A stretch of 64,000 nt of DNA from Acidobacteriota bacterium (lineage in GTDB: Bacteria > Acidobacteriota > UBA6911), in contig OY761556.1 in NCBI GenBank assembly GCA_963664705.1, positions 2,848,001 to 2,912,000 of the forward strand, in the 5' to 3' direction. Below the pieces are notes generated by a model. The model did no database searches. It was not told where the DNA came from and saw only the letters and a program-made list of their open reading frames with translations. Both the position numbers and the translations under genes were made by a program. How positions within the stretch are numbered: position 1 is the stretch's first letter; each line of letters starts with the position of its first letter. Shown here piece after piece: positions 17,552 to 27,004 of the stretch.

Positions 17552-17827
17552 TCATAATTGTCCGGTCTGTTTGGAGTGGGAGACGTGATCCTTGAACCAC
17601 TCAATGCTCTCCGCACGATCCGTCAGCAGTTGCTGCAGAAAACTCGCTTGCGCGTCGGTAATGAAATGCGCATGCTCCCGGATATCCCCATAGGCCACGT
17701 GTTTCTGCAGATTCTCGACACCCGCCAGAACCAGATTCAGCAGACGACCGAAATGGAAAGGGGGCTTCTCTGTCGAAAAGGTTCGCAGATACTGCTCGAC
17801 ATCTTCATACTGCAGCTGTTTGCTCAT
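17552..17827 (-). CDS. Hypothetical protein (91 aa)
   Basis: Natural-looking composition; co-oriented with the YchJ-like gene upstream. Confidence 0.55.
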   Translation of the reverse strand: MSKQLQYEDVEQYLRTFSTEKPPFHFGRLLNLVLAGVENLQKHVAYGDIREHAHFITDAQASFLQQLLTDRAESIEWFKDHVSHSKQTGQL

Positions 17828-17865
17828 AGCACTATCAATCCCCAGGATGCAAACTCATAGAGGAG

Positions 17866-18354
17866 CTATTTTTGCCCACAACACTTCTTGTATTTCTTGC
17901 CGCTGCCGCAATAGCAGACATCGTTCCTGCCTATCTTGGGCTGCTCGCGGCGAAATGGCTGATTTACGATTTTGCCATCGACAAAGGTCCAGGCTCCGGC
18001 CTCTTTCCGGAATGAGGCCAGCTCGTGGTGCTTGATCTCCTCATCCTTCTGAGAATAGGTGGCAATAAACTCGACGCTTCCTTCCGTATCCTGTTCCTTG
18101 CCTCCCGCGGTTGCGATTATTTCCAGGCCATGCCATTTGGAGTCTTCAGCCCATTTACGCGCACTCTCGCGGTCAAACTCGGCTTTTCCGCTCCGATGGA
18201 CCGTTCGTTCGATAAAGTCGATATTGGCGGTAGCATAAGCGGAATACCGCGCGCGCATTAAGGCTTCCGCCGTAGGAGCGGCTGCCGTGCCATTGAGAAA
18301 GGGTTCACAACATTCACTGAAGGATTTATTGCTTCCGCATGGGCAATTGGCCAT
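17866..18354 (-). CDS. YchJ family protein with SEC-C motifs
   Basis: CPCGS...[55 protein letters not shown]. Confidence 0.92.
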   Translation of the reverse strand: MANCPCGSNKSFSECCEPFLNGTAAAPTAEALMRARYSAYATANIDFIERTVHRSGKAEFDRESARKWAEDSKWHGLEIIATAGGKEQDTEGSVEFIATYSQKDEEIKHHELASFRKEAGAWTFVDGKIVNQPFRREQPKIGRNDVCYCGSGKKYKKCCGQK

Positions 18355-18581
18355 CACTTTTTCCCTATTCCTTAATATTCAATACGCGAGTCAATTCCGA
18401 ACCGGCCCGCATCACCATTATCCTATCACGCGTCTCCCGTTGCATCTCCATTCTTCCGGGCACCGGCACTTATCCACGCTTCAGATGAATAAAGTCGCAA
18501 TCCGAAAGGTGGCCGAGTGTACATGAATTGAAGGGTATTCCGGAACAGGAATTTCAATGACGTCCCAAGGAGCGCGCTCCG

Positions 18582-18848
18582 CTATTCCTTGACCTGGAGA
18601 GCCTCCAGGCGGCGATCGATTTCAGCGATAGCGTTCCGCAAATATTGCCGCCGCGCTTCATGCACGGTTGCCACAAGTTGGCGGTCCAGATCGATCCGGG
18701 CCAAGCGCAGCGACTCTTGCGCGCGAATACTTTCGGGATCAAGCTTCGATTCCCGCTGTTTGGCCTTGCGACGGTTTTCCTGCATTTCCTCCATTCGCTC
18801 TTCGAGCCGTGAGTTTGCATCAACAAGTCCTTCGCCAGAGTCTCCCAT
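18582..18848 (-). CDS. Small coiled-coil hypothetical protein
   Basis: MGDSGEGLVDANSRLEERMEE...ESLRLAR...HEARR...AIAEIDRR; AAGGA RBS. Confidence 0.75.
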   Translation of the reverse strand: MGDSGEGLVDANSRLEERMEEMQENRRKAKQRESKLDPESIRAQESLRLARIDLDRQLVATVHEARRQYLRNAIAEIDRRLEALQVKE

Positions 18849-18996
18849 ACATCAAAGTCCTTTCCCCCGGGGGCGTCTTCAATTCCCATCTATGATTATA
18901 TCGGACTGGGCACACTGCCGTCTTGGCTAAACCTGCAGATTATTGGTTGCCGCAACGCGCAATGCTGAACACTATTTGTCGACGGCAAAACCCTTG

Positions 18997-19061
18997 GGAG
19001 TGCGGTGGCCTGCCACCGCCTTCGATTTTATGGTTTAGGCAGCAGCAAGCGGCCGCACTCC
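18997..19061. repeat. REP-like palindromic doublet (GGAGTGCGG...CCGCACTCC)
   Basis: ggagtgcggtggcctgccaccgcc...ggcagcagcaagcggccgcactcc. Confidence 0.65.
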
Positions 19062-19139
19062 ACGGTTCCCTTCGAGAGGGTCTTTTGCAAATAATCTACG
19101 GCATTAGCCGGGACAGCGGCGTTCCCAGTGCACTTCCTG

Positions 19140-20237
19140 TCAGGGAATAAGCGTTGCCAGGTAGGTACCCTGTTCGAGATAGACCTGGCTGATCGCCCCA
19201 TAATAATACACTCCCGAGAATGACGTGAGTCCCGGCGTGTAGGCGACATCGGTCTTCATATACCCCGAGATTTCCACATTACTCGTAGCCGCACTGTTCC
19301 CGTCAAAGTGTATATGAAGTATACCGTTGGATCCGATCTGCCCCATGAGTCCGAACACATCGGGATAATTCGAGGAAACGCCATAGCCGTAAACAAAGAT
19401 GCCGTCAATCCATAGGGTCATAGTGGCAAATGGCACATAGCTACTCGTTGACGAGATCGCATAGCTTCGAGTCGTCCCGCCCAGCGGCAGCGAGGAAAAC
19501 TGGCCGCTGGCTGTCTGAGTCAGTGCGACACCGCTGACGGGAACACTGGACTGAATCTCAAGTCGTCCTCGCCAGGCAGTTTTTGAAACCGTGGGGAAAG
19601 TCTGCCATAGATACTCGGCAAAATATTCTCCCGGCTGCATGGTCCTGGTAACCGTTGTTCCCACCTGGCTATTGGCATCGGAATAGAGCGTCATCGTCAG
19701 GCTTGCCACCCTCGACAGCGTGTCGGTATTGGCAAATGCAAAGCACAGGGATGTAAAGTCCTCAAAGGGTATGGCAGAAGCAACGATCGGACTGGAAGGT
19801 ATTATACCGATGCTGTCGGCGACTTCGGCACCATCATTGATATAGTAGGTCAGGTTGCCCTCGAGAAAATTATCGATGGCCCTGGTTTCGTTCCGGATCA
19901 CCAGGTATCCCGCCTGCACATCGCCCGGTACCGTAATCTTGTAGGTGCGGGTGGCTTTTGCTGCAATCTGAACCGCCAGGCTGCCGGCCGCCACCTGCGT
20001 CCCGTTGACATAGGGATTCCATGCCGTGTGTTGTCCCGTATAAAACTTCAGGTTTCCGACCCACGGCTGCGCCCCACGGTTGGTAACCGTAATCCATGTT
20101 TGATACTGACCGCCCGCGGCAACCTGTGGAAAGATCAATTCCTTGTGAGGAAGATAGCTTCCCGTGCTGATCTGGCCCAAAGCGGTTCCCGCAAAAAACA
20201 GAAGGAAAAGAACCCACGCAAATTTTTTATTTCGCAT
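19140..20237 (-). CDS. Secreted beta-sandwich protein with an FPQxAxGG domain
   Basis: Signal peptide (TALG/Q); ELIFPQVAAGGQYQT motif shared with the ORFs at 24900 and 44628. Confidence 0.85.
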   Translation of the reverse strand: MRNKKFAWVLFLLFFAGTALGQISTGSYLPHKELIFPQVAAGGQYQTWITVTNRGAQPWVGNLKFYTGQHTAWNPYVNGTQVAAGSLAVQIAAKATRTYKITVPGDVQAGYLVIRNETRAIDNFLEGNLTYYINDGAEVADSIGIIPSSPIVASAIPFEDFTSLCFAFANTDTLSRVASLTMTLYSDANSQVGTTVTRTMQPGEYFAEYLWQTFPTVSKTAWRGRLEIQSSVPVSGVALTQTASGQFSSLPLGGTTRSYAISSTSSYVPFATMTLWIDGIFVYGYGVSSNYPDVFGLMGQIGSNGILHIHFDGNSAATSNVEISGYMKTDVAYTPGLTSFSGVYYYGAISQVYLEQGTYLATLIP

Positions 20238-20766
20238 AACAAGCTCCGCTTCAATGATTCTATTATCGAGGGGGATAGAAGCCACCTGGAATCGGCAGCC
20301 GATGGCTGCCCGTTTCCCTATGAGTCTGCAACAGCCTGCATTCTATTCGTTTAATTTCAAATTTTCTATTTTCTTTGTGGAAATTCGCCATTTCCTTTAA
20401 TCATGCGCCCAATTTGCAAATTGTCGATTCGGCGCCGGACGCATGGAGCCCTTGCTGAAGACACATGACTAAAAGACCATCATCCACGATCTGCCCGCAA
20501 ACGAATTCCAGATTCATATTTGAGACTAAATCCCTTTGATAAAACCGCTTACCGCCATTCCCCCATTCTCAGGGTTCCCTTGACGGATGGTTTTTTCCAC
20601 TAACTGCCGGCTCTCTTTTTACCGACAAGAATCAAGACAATCAGGAGTATCGCGTTGGAGCGCTTGTGTGCTCGAACGAGGGACCTGGCAAGACTGGATC
20701 AGCGATGGAAGTACCTCCGCGCTTTCATCTTGGCCGCCATCAAAACACCAAATTCTGGAGCCGTTT

Positions 20767-23700
20767 ATGAATGATCGCAACATCCGCAAAACCTTTGTCG
20801 GCCTTGTCGCAGTGAGCCTGATGATGATAGCCGGAATCCGTCTGACAGCGTTCTCCGCCCCGGATTTTGCGGTGCGCCGAATCACGGCGGACGGGGTCGG
20901 AAAGTTCGGCGTCATGTTGAGCGGAAGCGGAGCGACGGCAGGGTGGCTGGAATTTGTCGATGATCCCAAGGTCAGCAGCCAGGAAATTGTGATTGTGAAG
21001 GCCGCCGCAACCGACGGGTCCTGGAACAAGGAATTGTTCCGCTCGTCCAATGGCGCCTGGATCAGCGGAGTGAAGGGGCCGCATTACAACTCATCGGATA
21101 CCAGCTACAATTTGAAGCAAGGCCAGCAAAAGATTCTCTTTTCCCGCGACGGCTCCCGGATGGTGATTCACATCGATGAGTTCGCAAAATCACAGCATCA
21201 TGACTATTTTGATGTGATCGACGTGCGGACCGGCGCTGCCAGGCTGTTGCCTGTTGCCGTGCCGCCAGGGATGGGGACGTTTACCGGCTACACCAACTAT
21301 AACTCGCACGGCGTCTGGTTGACCAACGGAACGCTGGGGCAGGCACTCAGCGAAGACGGGCGCTATGTTATCTATAGCCTCAAGGCGTTTGGAACGCTGG
21401 CGGGAAATGGGAAGACCCTCGATGCGCTGGTTGCGATGGATTTGGACACCGGCGCCGCAGTGCGGATTGCCGGATACCGCAGCATGGACAGCGCGGGTAA
21501 TCTGACGCCGGGAGACATGGAGTACAGCGAGGCCAGGGCAAGCTCCACGGGCAACAGGGTCGTATTTGCCTTCAACAATGCATACTATGCGGGCGACTTT
21601 AATGGATCCCCGCTTCAGCGCATAGCTCCGGGAGACAGCGGAACGCCACAATCTGTGGGTAACGGCCAGTATGTGGCAGAAGAGCGCACAGGGAATTTTT
21701 ATCCGGTTGCCGGAGGCAGCACAATCACCACTTCCCTCCCTGGCAGAGGAGGTTTCCAGTTTCCGTTCTGGGATGGAGAAGCGGGATTTATTCTGCATCC
21801 CCATTTATCCCACGAAGGGGAGACAGTAATTGTCCGCGCCGGGAAGGCGATGCCCCTGATCAAGTCGGGGCAAGAAGGTTTGCCCGCAGGCTGGAATTTC
21901 GGCGTCAAGCAATTGTCGAGTTCTTACACCTATTCTCTCGTATCATCAGACGGCAGGAGCGTATTGCTTTCGCTTATCAGCCCCGAGGGAAAGCAGGATC
22001 TGTTTCTGCTGAAGCGGGGAATCCCGGCGACGCCTCCCCCGGCCGTTACATCCGTTCAGACACCACCGTCTCCTCTTGCCGGATCGCGTCCGAAAGAGCC
22101 CTCCGCGCAAACGCCCCAACTCATTCAGCCCGCGGACACCGTCGGCATTCTTCTGCACTCCCAGAAGCTGGTCGCCTCGGAGAAAGAACAGGTTGTAAAT
22201 TATGAAAACCTGAGTGTGCGGATCCCGGGCGGTCTTCTTGCGGCAGATGAGGAACTGCGAATCTATAAGCCAAGCGCTCAAATGACCCCTTTGATCAACG
22301 GGATGAAGCAGGTTGCACTGGTGGATATCCAGATAGGCAAACTCACGAAATTCAACAAGCCGCTGGTGATTGAAATGAAATACGACGCGGCAATTCTTGA
22401 CAAAACCCAACCGGCAAAAAAACAGCTGATTGCCTGCTATTTTGACGAGAAAATCGGCGGTTGGATCGGCACTCCATTCGAAATCGATGAACAGCGGGGC
22501 GTGCTTGCCATCAAAACCAACCACCTCACTAAATGGTCGGCCTATTACTACCTGCTGGGCTACGATACTTACCCCGACACCAAGTGCATGGTGATTTTCG
22601 ACAAGAAGGATTTAAAAAATAATAACGCGCTATATGAAGGCAGGACAGGAAGGAAAAGCACTGTCACAGGCGTTCCAGTCCTGGTACAGGATGTCGCCCT
22701 GTTTATTGATCAGGCCTATCGCTCCTATGAACAGGAGGGATTTGCGCTTCCGCCGGTAACATCCGGCAGCCCCGATACAAAGCTAAATGTTTTTGTCGGC
22801 GATGTTGCCATGTCTACAAGAAATTCCAAAAGCGGCATTATCACGATAAATGCCAACCTGGCTTCGAAGGCCAAGGGCCTCGAGCTTGTAAATTTGTTCA
22901 GGCAGGACTGCGGACATGAATTATTCCACGAAATCCAGGCCCACAAATATGGAATCTCCGGCCTGACATCGCTGTATTACGAAAATAAATCGTTCTGGCT
23001 CGAGGCTACAGCCGAATACGCGGGAGATGTCCTCGCGTGGAAGCACGCAATCGATCGAGACGGAAGCCCGATGACACGGACCAAAATTATGGGCGGGGAC
23101 ATTAAGGCCGACTATCTGAAATACTCTCTTTTGACATTTGAAGTGCCCGGCCTTCTCACTGCGGGCAGGCAGAAAGCCATGGGGCATGAATATGACAGCG
23201 CCCATTTTGTGGATTACATGGTGAAGGCAAATCCCCAGGCTCCTTTGACTGTCCTCGTGAACATGCTGAATCGGGATTCAAGTTTTGCGAAGTGTTTCAA
23301 TGATTACTTCGGACAGAATGGAAAAACCCTGGAAGGCTGGCTGGCGGATTTTGCCACCTATTTCCTTTTTGATAATGCAAGCCCCTTCCCTGCCGGAATC
23401 GCCAGAAATGATGCGGCGGATGATTTCAAAGGCATTCGGTTCAAGATGTCGGCTACCCGCCTGGGACAACTCGATCAAAGCGAGGTAACCGAAACATTCC
23501 GGTTGAAACCGAGAGAACCCTACAGCGCCGCCGTAATGTTAACGGATCTGTATATAAACGGAAAGACGGACAAGGAAAACCAATCGACCTCCTTCGAGAT
23601 CGACGTCAGTAGTGATAAAGAGATCCGATTCGTGATCACCGGGATGGAGGACCGGGCACCACAAAAGAAATCCTCGGTAATCAAGGCAGCTGTTCCAGGT

Positions 23701-24483
23701 GGAAAATTCCTGGCAAATGGGCAGGACAAGATTTACATGATCTACACCGCAGCAAACAATCTGGATGCTGCCAACGTCATCATCAAAGCGAAAGCAATTG
23801 CAAAGACGGAGATCTCCGTGGAGCCGGGAAAACTGATGACGGAACCCGGCAAGGCCTCCGAACTCTCGGCAAGAATAATCAATGGGCCCATCCAGCCCTA
23901 CGTTGTTTGGGACTATGGCGACAGCACTGTCAGACCAGGAGCCACGACGCTGAAGACGACACACGCGTATAGCAGGGTTGGAACCTACAAAGGCAAAGCC
24001 AGTCTGTATGATGCCAAAGATAGAAATAGCATCCTCGCTGAAGCGGAATTCACCGTTTTGGTCAAAGAGAGCAAACCGGAACAGGATGCCGGTATTGATC
24101 AGAGCGCAAATCCGGACAAGTTCATAGGCCGGTGGAGATTTCTGCTAAGCCAGACCAACGGCGCATCTCCCACGTGGCTCGATTCGTACTATGGCAACCA
24201 GGCAATGGGAAAAAGCACAGACAGCGGCATCGTGGAGTATTTACGGATCATCAAGGAGAACGGAAAGTACCTGCTCTATCCTGACAGCGATAAAATTCAG
24301 ATTGGCGGAAGCAAAGTAGTCATCAAATACACGGCTGAACCGAGAGTCTCGGGCGAAAATCCGGTCGATTATATTCATGAGGGCGCCATCAACCCTGAAG
24401 GCACGCGGATTGAAGGCACCTACAGGATTACGGAAAAGGGGAAGGTGCTCTCGGAAGGAAAATGGATCGGAATAAAATCGTAA
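20767..24483 (+). CDS. Large secreted multidomain protein: beta-propeller-like region, Pro-rich linker, ZU5-like domain, HExxH metallopeptidase-like domain, PKD domain
   Basis: Signal peptide; SRDGS/SEDGR/SSDGR repeats; VRIPGG...TNHLTKW; GHELFHEIQ plus WLEATAEY; WDYGDS...HAYSRVGTY. Confidence 0.8.
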   Translation: MNDRNIRKTFVGLVAVSLMMIAGIRLTAFSAPDFAVRRITADGVGKFGVMLSGSGATAGWLEFVDDPKVSSQEIVIVKAAATDGSWNKELFRSSNGAWISGVKGPHYNSSDTSYNLKQGQQKILFSRDGSRMVIHIDEFAKSQHHDYFDVIDVRTGAARLLPVAVPPGMGTFTGYTNYNSHGVWLTNGTLGQALSEDGRYVIYSLKAFGTLAGNGKTLDALVAMDLDTGAAVRIAGYRSMDSAGNLTPGDMEYSEARASSTGNRVVFAFNNAYYAGDFNGSPLQRIAPGDSGTPQSVGNGQYVAEERTGNFYPVAGGSTITTSLPGRGGFQFPFWDGEAGFILHPHLSHEGETVIVRAGKAMPLIKSGQEGLPAGWNFGVKQLSSSYTYSLVSSDGRSVLLSLISPEGKQDLFLLKRGIPATPPPAVTSVQTPPSPLAGSRPKEPSAQTPQLIQPADTVGILLHSQKLVASEKEQVVNYENLSVRIPGGLLAADEELRIYKPSAQMTPLINGMKQVALVDIQIGKLTKFNKPLVIEMKYDAAILDKTQPAKKQLIACYFDEKIGGWIGTPFEIDEQRGVLAIKTNHLTKWSAYYYLLGYDTYPDTKCMVIFDKKDLKNNNALYEGRTGRKSTVTGVPVLVQDVALFIDQAYRSYEQEGFALPPVTSGSPDTKLNVFVGDVAMSTRNSKSGIITINANLASKAKGLELVNLFRQDCGHELFHEIQAHKYGISGLTSLYYENKSFWLEATAEYAGDVLAWKHAIDRDGSPMTRTKIMGGDIKADYLKYSLLTFEVPGLLTAGRQKAMGHEYDSAHFVDYMVKANPQAPLTVLVNMLNRDSSFAKCFNDYFGQNGKTLEGWLADFATYFLFDNASPFPAGIARNDAADDFKGIRFKMSATRLGQLDQSEVTETFRLKPREPYSAAVMLTDLYINGKTDKENQSTSFEIDVSSDKEIRFVITGMEDRAPQKKSSVIKAAVPGGKFLANGQDKIYMIYTAANNLDAANVIIKAKAIAKTEISVEPGKLMTEPGKASELSARIINGPIQPYVVWDYGDSTVRPGATTLKTTHAYSRVGTYKGKASLYDAKDRNSILAEAEFTVLVKESKPEQDAGIDQSANPDKFIGRWRFLLSQTNGASPTWLDSYYGNQAMGKSTDSGIVEYLRIIKENGKYLLYPDSDKIQIGGSKVVIKYTAEPRVSGENPVDYIHEGAINPEGTRIEGTYRITEKGKVLSEGKWIGIKS

Positions 24484-24630
24484 CGCGGGATTTGATCCCC
24501 GCAAAATAGCGCACTGGCGCGTCAGGCCAGGGTTTTAAATCCTCGCCTATTGGGAGTGCCACCATCCCGGCGGCATCAGCGCATGGAAGTAGCCGCGCGC
24601 CTAATGACATTTGCTTTTTTCAGGCGTTTT

Positions 24631-24836
24631 TCTTTCGCTCCTACAGGGATCCTATTTTTCACCATTCTACCGGGGGTTCGCTCCGCTTACCGCCGGCTAT
24701 TATCTTCCGCGCCTCCAGCGCTTAGTATAGATGGAACAATGTTCCAGCGCCGGAGGCGCGAAAGATAGTAGCCCCGGGCGAGCTTGCGAGCCCGGGGTTA
24801 TATACGGTGCTCAAAAAGCCCTGAAGGGGCGAAAGA
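24631..24836. repeat. Two inverted copies of a ~90-bp REP/MITE-like element
   Basis: Reverse complement of 24631-24722 aligns with 24746-24836 (agcgc.ggaggcgcg.aagata.tagcc...ccctg.agg.gcgaaaga). Confidence 0.8.
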
Positions 24837-24899
24837 ACGGCAATTGCAGAAAAGTAAATGGCATTAGGCGCCTCGCCAGCGCTCCCGAGTGAATGCTCC

Positions 24900-26642
24900 T
24901 TAAAACTGCGCCGACGCGAGCGGATACAGATGAAAATTGCCTCCATCCAATATTGTGCCGTTCTCGTAAATGTACGTAACAGTCCCCTGGACATTCTGGA
25001 ATGTCAGATCCGATATCACCGCCGTACCGACGGCCATCACAGCCTGGCCATTCGTCAGAAATGAGTTCATGTGGAGGTACAATATCATCCCGCCGGAAGG
25101 TCGATAGACGATCACGCCCGTAATTGGGCTGATCACGCCAGGGCTTGTCTCCATGGTTCCATGGAGATACTGTCCCTCCAATATCATTTTCACCGGCATC
25201 GTGGTCTTGTTGGTGATGTCGATCTGCCGCTCATAAACGGCCGGAAATCCGGTCGAACTCGACCATTGGGAGTTGTTGACATTCAGTGGGAGCAGGCCAA
25301 AATACTCGGTCCCGCTGATTGTTATGTACCCCGCGGTATCCTTTGAACTGGGAAACATCTCATAAACATAGAGAGCTTGCTGATTGAGCTGGGGGAGATT
25401 GACACTCTTCTGTTCCAGGAATATTCCCTGCGCGTTGAATCGTTTGATCTGCAGAGTATTAGAAGAGAAGGTACACACGGCAAAAGCGGTGGAATTTCCG
25501 CTGGTGTTGTCATAGGCAAGATGCGCATCGCGCAACTCGCGAACGCCTCCAACGCCTATCTGAGAAACAACCGCGCCTCCGGACCGAAATCGAAATGTGA
25601 GCAACCCGGCGATGGACCCTTTGGAACTGGTATCGGACAGGATTTCGCTCACGACAATCCAGCCCGCCTGAGTCTGGGATCCGCCGGTGAGCTTATAGGT
25701 AATGGAGGACTTCGCTGCCAGCGTGAAATCCTGGGTTCCGCTGACAGAATTTCCATTAACGGTCACCGTCATTGGCTGACCGGTTTGAGTTAAAAAGACA
25801 ACGGAGCCGGAAGATGTTTCCGCTCCTTGGGCAATAAGCGTCAAATCTGTCTCCCACCCGCCGCCAATGGCGAATTGAGGGAACAGGATTTCCTGCGTTG
25901 GAATGGTGATCTGTGAGAATACGGGAACGCTGATGGGAACAATGGCATTGGCGGAGAGGGCAACCTTCAGATTATCGATGGCCAATTCCTGAAAATCCGG
26001 ATTGATGGAGTTCGGGTGAGGCGCCCGCACCATCAGCTTATCGAAGCCATCGGGATCCCGAAATCCGACGACTGTTCCCACCGGCAGAGTCTCCGTAATG
26101 CCGGCCTGCCCGGAAGAAACGACGGTATTGCCGACCAGAGTCTTCCAATCCAGGAATGCGGTATTGTTGCCCCAGGGGTAAGCGCCCCAGATATCCCCCG
26201 TGGTCCAGCCGTTCCCATACAGGAATTCCACCCCGTAGATTTTCTTGCCGTCGCTGCTCTGAATAGTCACCCAATCGAAATTGCCGGGATCGGCCTCATA
26301 GGGGAAGTAAAATCCGCCGCCTACATCGACGTAGGAATGATCTGCGGCATTGGTCAGATGAAAAGGATTGAAGGGTGTACCTACCGACAGAATTGTTCCA
26401 CGCGTATTGTCGCCGAAGTAGCTGTTTCCATTGGTGCGGATGTAAAGCCCGCTCGAGGCATAGTCGCTCAAAGGCGTGCCGCTGCCTGCAAAGTTCAGAG
26501 CATCGAAGGTGGCGGTACGGTCCACGGACAGGATCGCAGATCCTTCACCGGTCGTCTGGACTGTGCCGGCGCAGACAGGATTCAGAAATGTAAGGCAGAT
26601 GACTGAAACCATGGTTACGATAAGGAGATTTCTCAATATCAT
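24900..26642 (-). CDS. Secreted protein: N-terminal beta-rich domain plus FPQxAxGG domain
   Basis: Signal peptide (VCA/G); EILFPQFAIGGGWET; C-terminal half aligns by eye with 19140-20237. Confidence 0.85.
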   Translation of the reverse strand: MILRNLLIVTMVSVICLTFLNPVCAGTVQTTGEGSAILSVDRTATFDALNFAGSGTPLSDYASSGLYIRTNGNSYFGDNTRGTILSVGTPFNPFHLTNAADHSYVDVGGGFYFPYEADPGNFDWVTIQSSDGKKIYGVEFLYGNGWTTGDIWGAYPWGNNTAFLDWKTLVGNTVVSSGQAGITETLPVGTVVGFRDPDGFDKLMVRAPHPNSINPDFQELAIDNLKVALSANAIVPISVPVFSQITIPTQEILFPQFAIGGGWETDLTLIAQGAETSSGSVVFLTQTGQPMTVTVNGNSVSGTQDFTLAAKSSITYKLTGGSQTQAGWIVVSEILSDTSSKGSIAGLLTFRFRSGGAVVSQIGVGGVRELRDAHLAYDNTSGNSTAFAVCTFSSNTLQIKRFNAQGIFLEQKSVNLPQLNQQALYVYEMFPSSKDTAGYITISGTEYFGLLPLNVNNSQWSSSTGFPAVYERQIDITNKTTMPVKMILEGQYLHGTMETSPGVISPITGVIVYRPSGGMILYLHMNSFLTNGQAVMAVGTAVISDLTFQNVQGTVTYIYENGTILDGGNFHLYPLASAQF

Positions 26643-27004
26643 ATCGCTTTCCTCAATGCGCGGTTAAAACCCGCCGATACCACAACACGGGCTCAAACGA
26701 CGCTCAAAACCCGATCAAGATGCTGAAGATCTTTGATCTGCAAATGCGCTCAGGTGTTTCTGTATTCAAACGTAACGCCTGCCCGAAGCGTTTCACAGGC
26801 AATCATTTCCCAACGTCCGAGCCGTCCTGATAGTGATGAATCCGATGATCAACCGCATATATTAAATTCGCACCGCTCCCGGTTACGCAATCGGATGAAT
26901 TGCGTATTCTTCTATGAGCAATACTACCTATGCCCAGAGCCATAGCACGGCCATGGCTTATTGACACAAGTTTTCTCCTAAAAGTTGGATGACAGCGCCC
27001 GGGC

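Noticed and set aside
18554-18889. 111-aa alternative-frame ORF
   Set aside because: Overlaps the 88-aa ORF, which has an RBS and coherent coiled-coil composition
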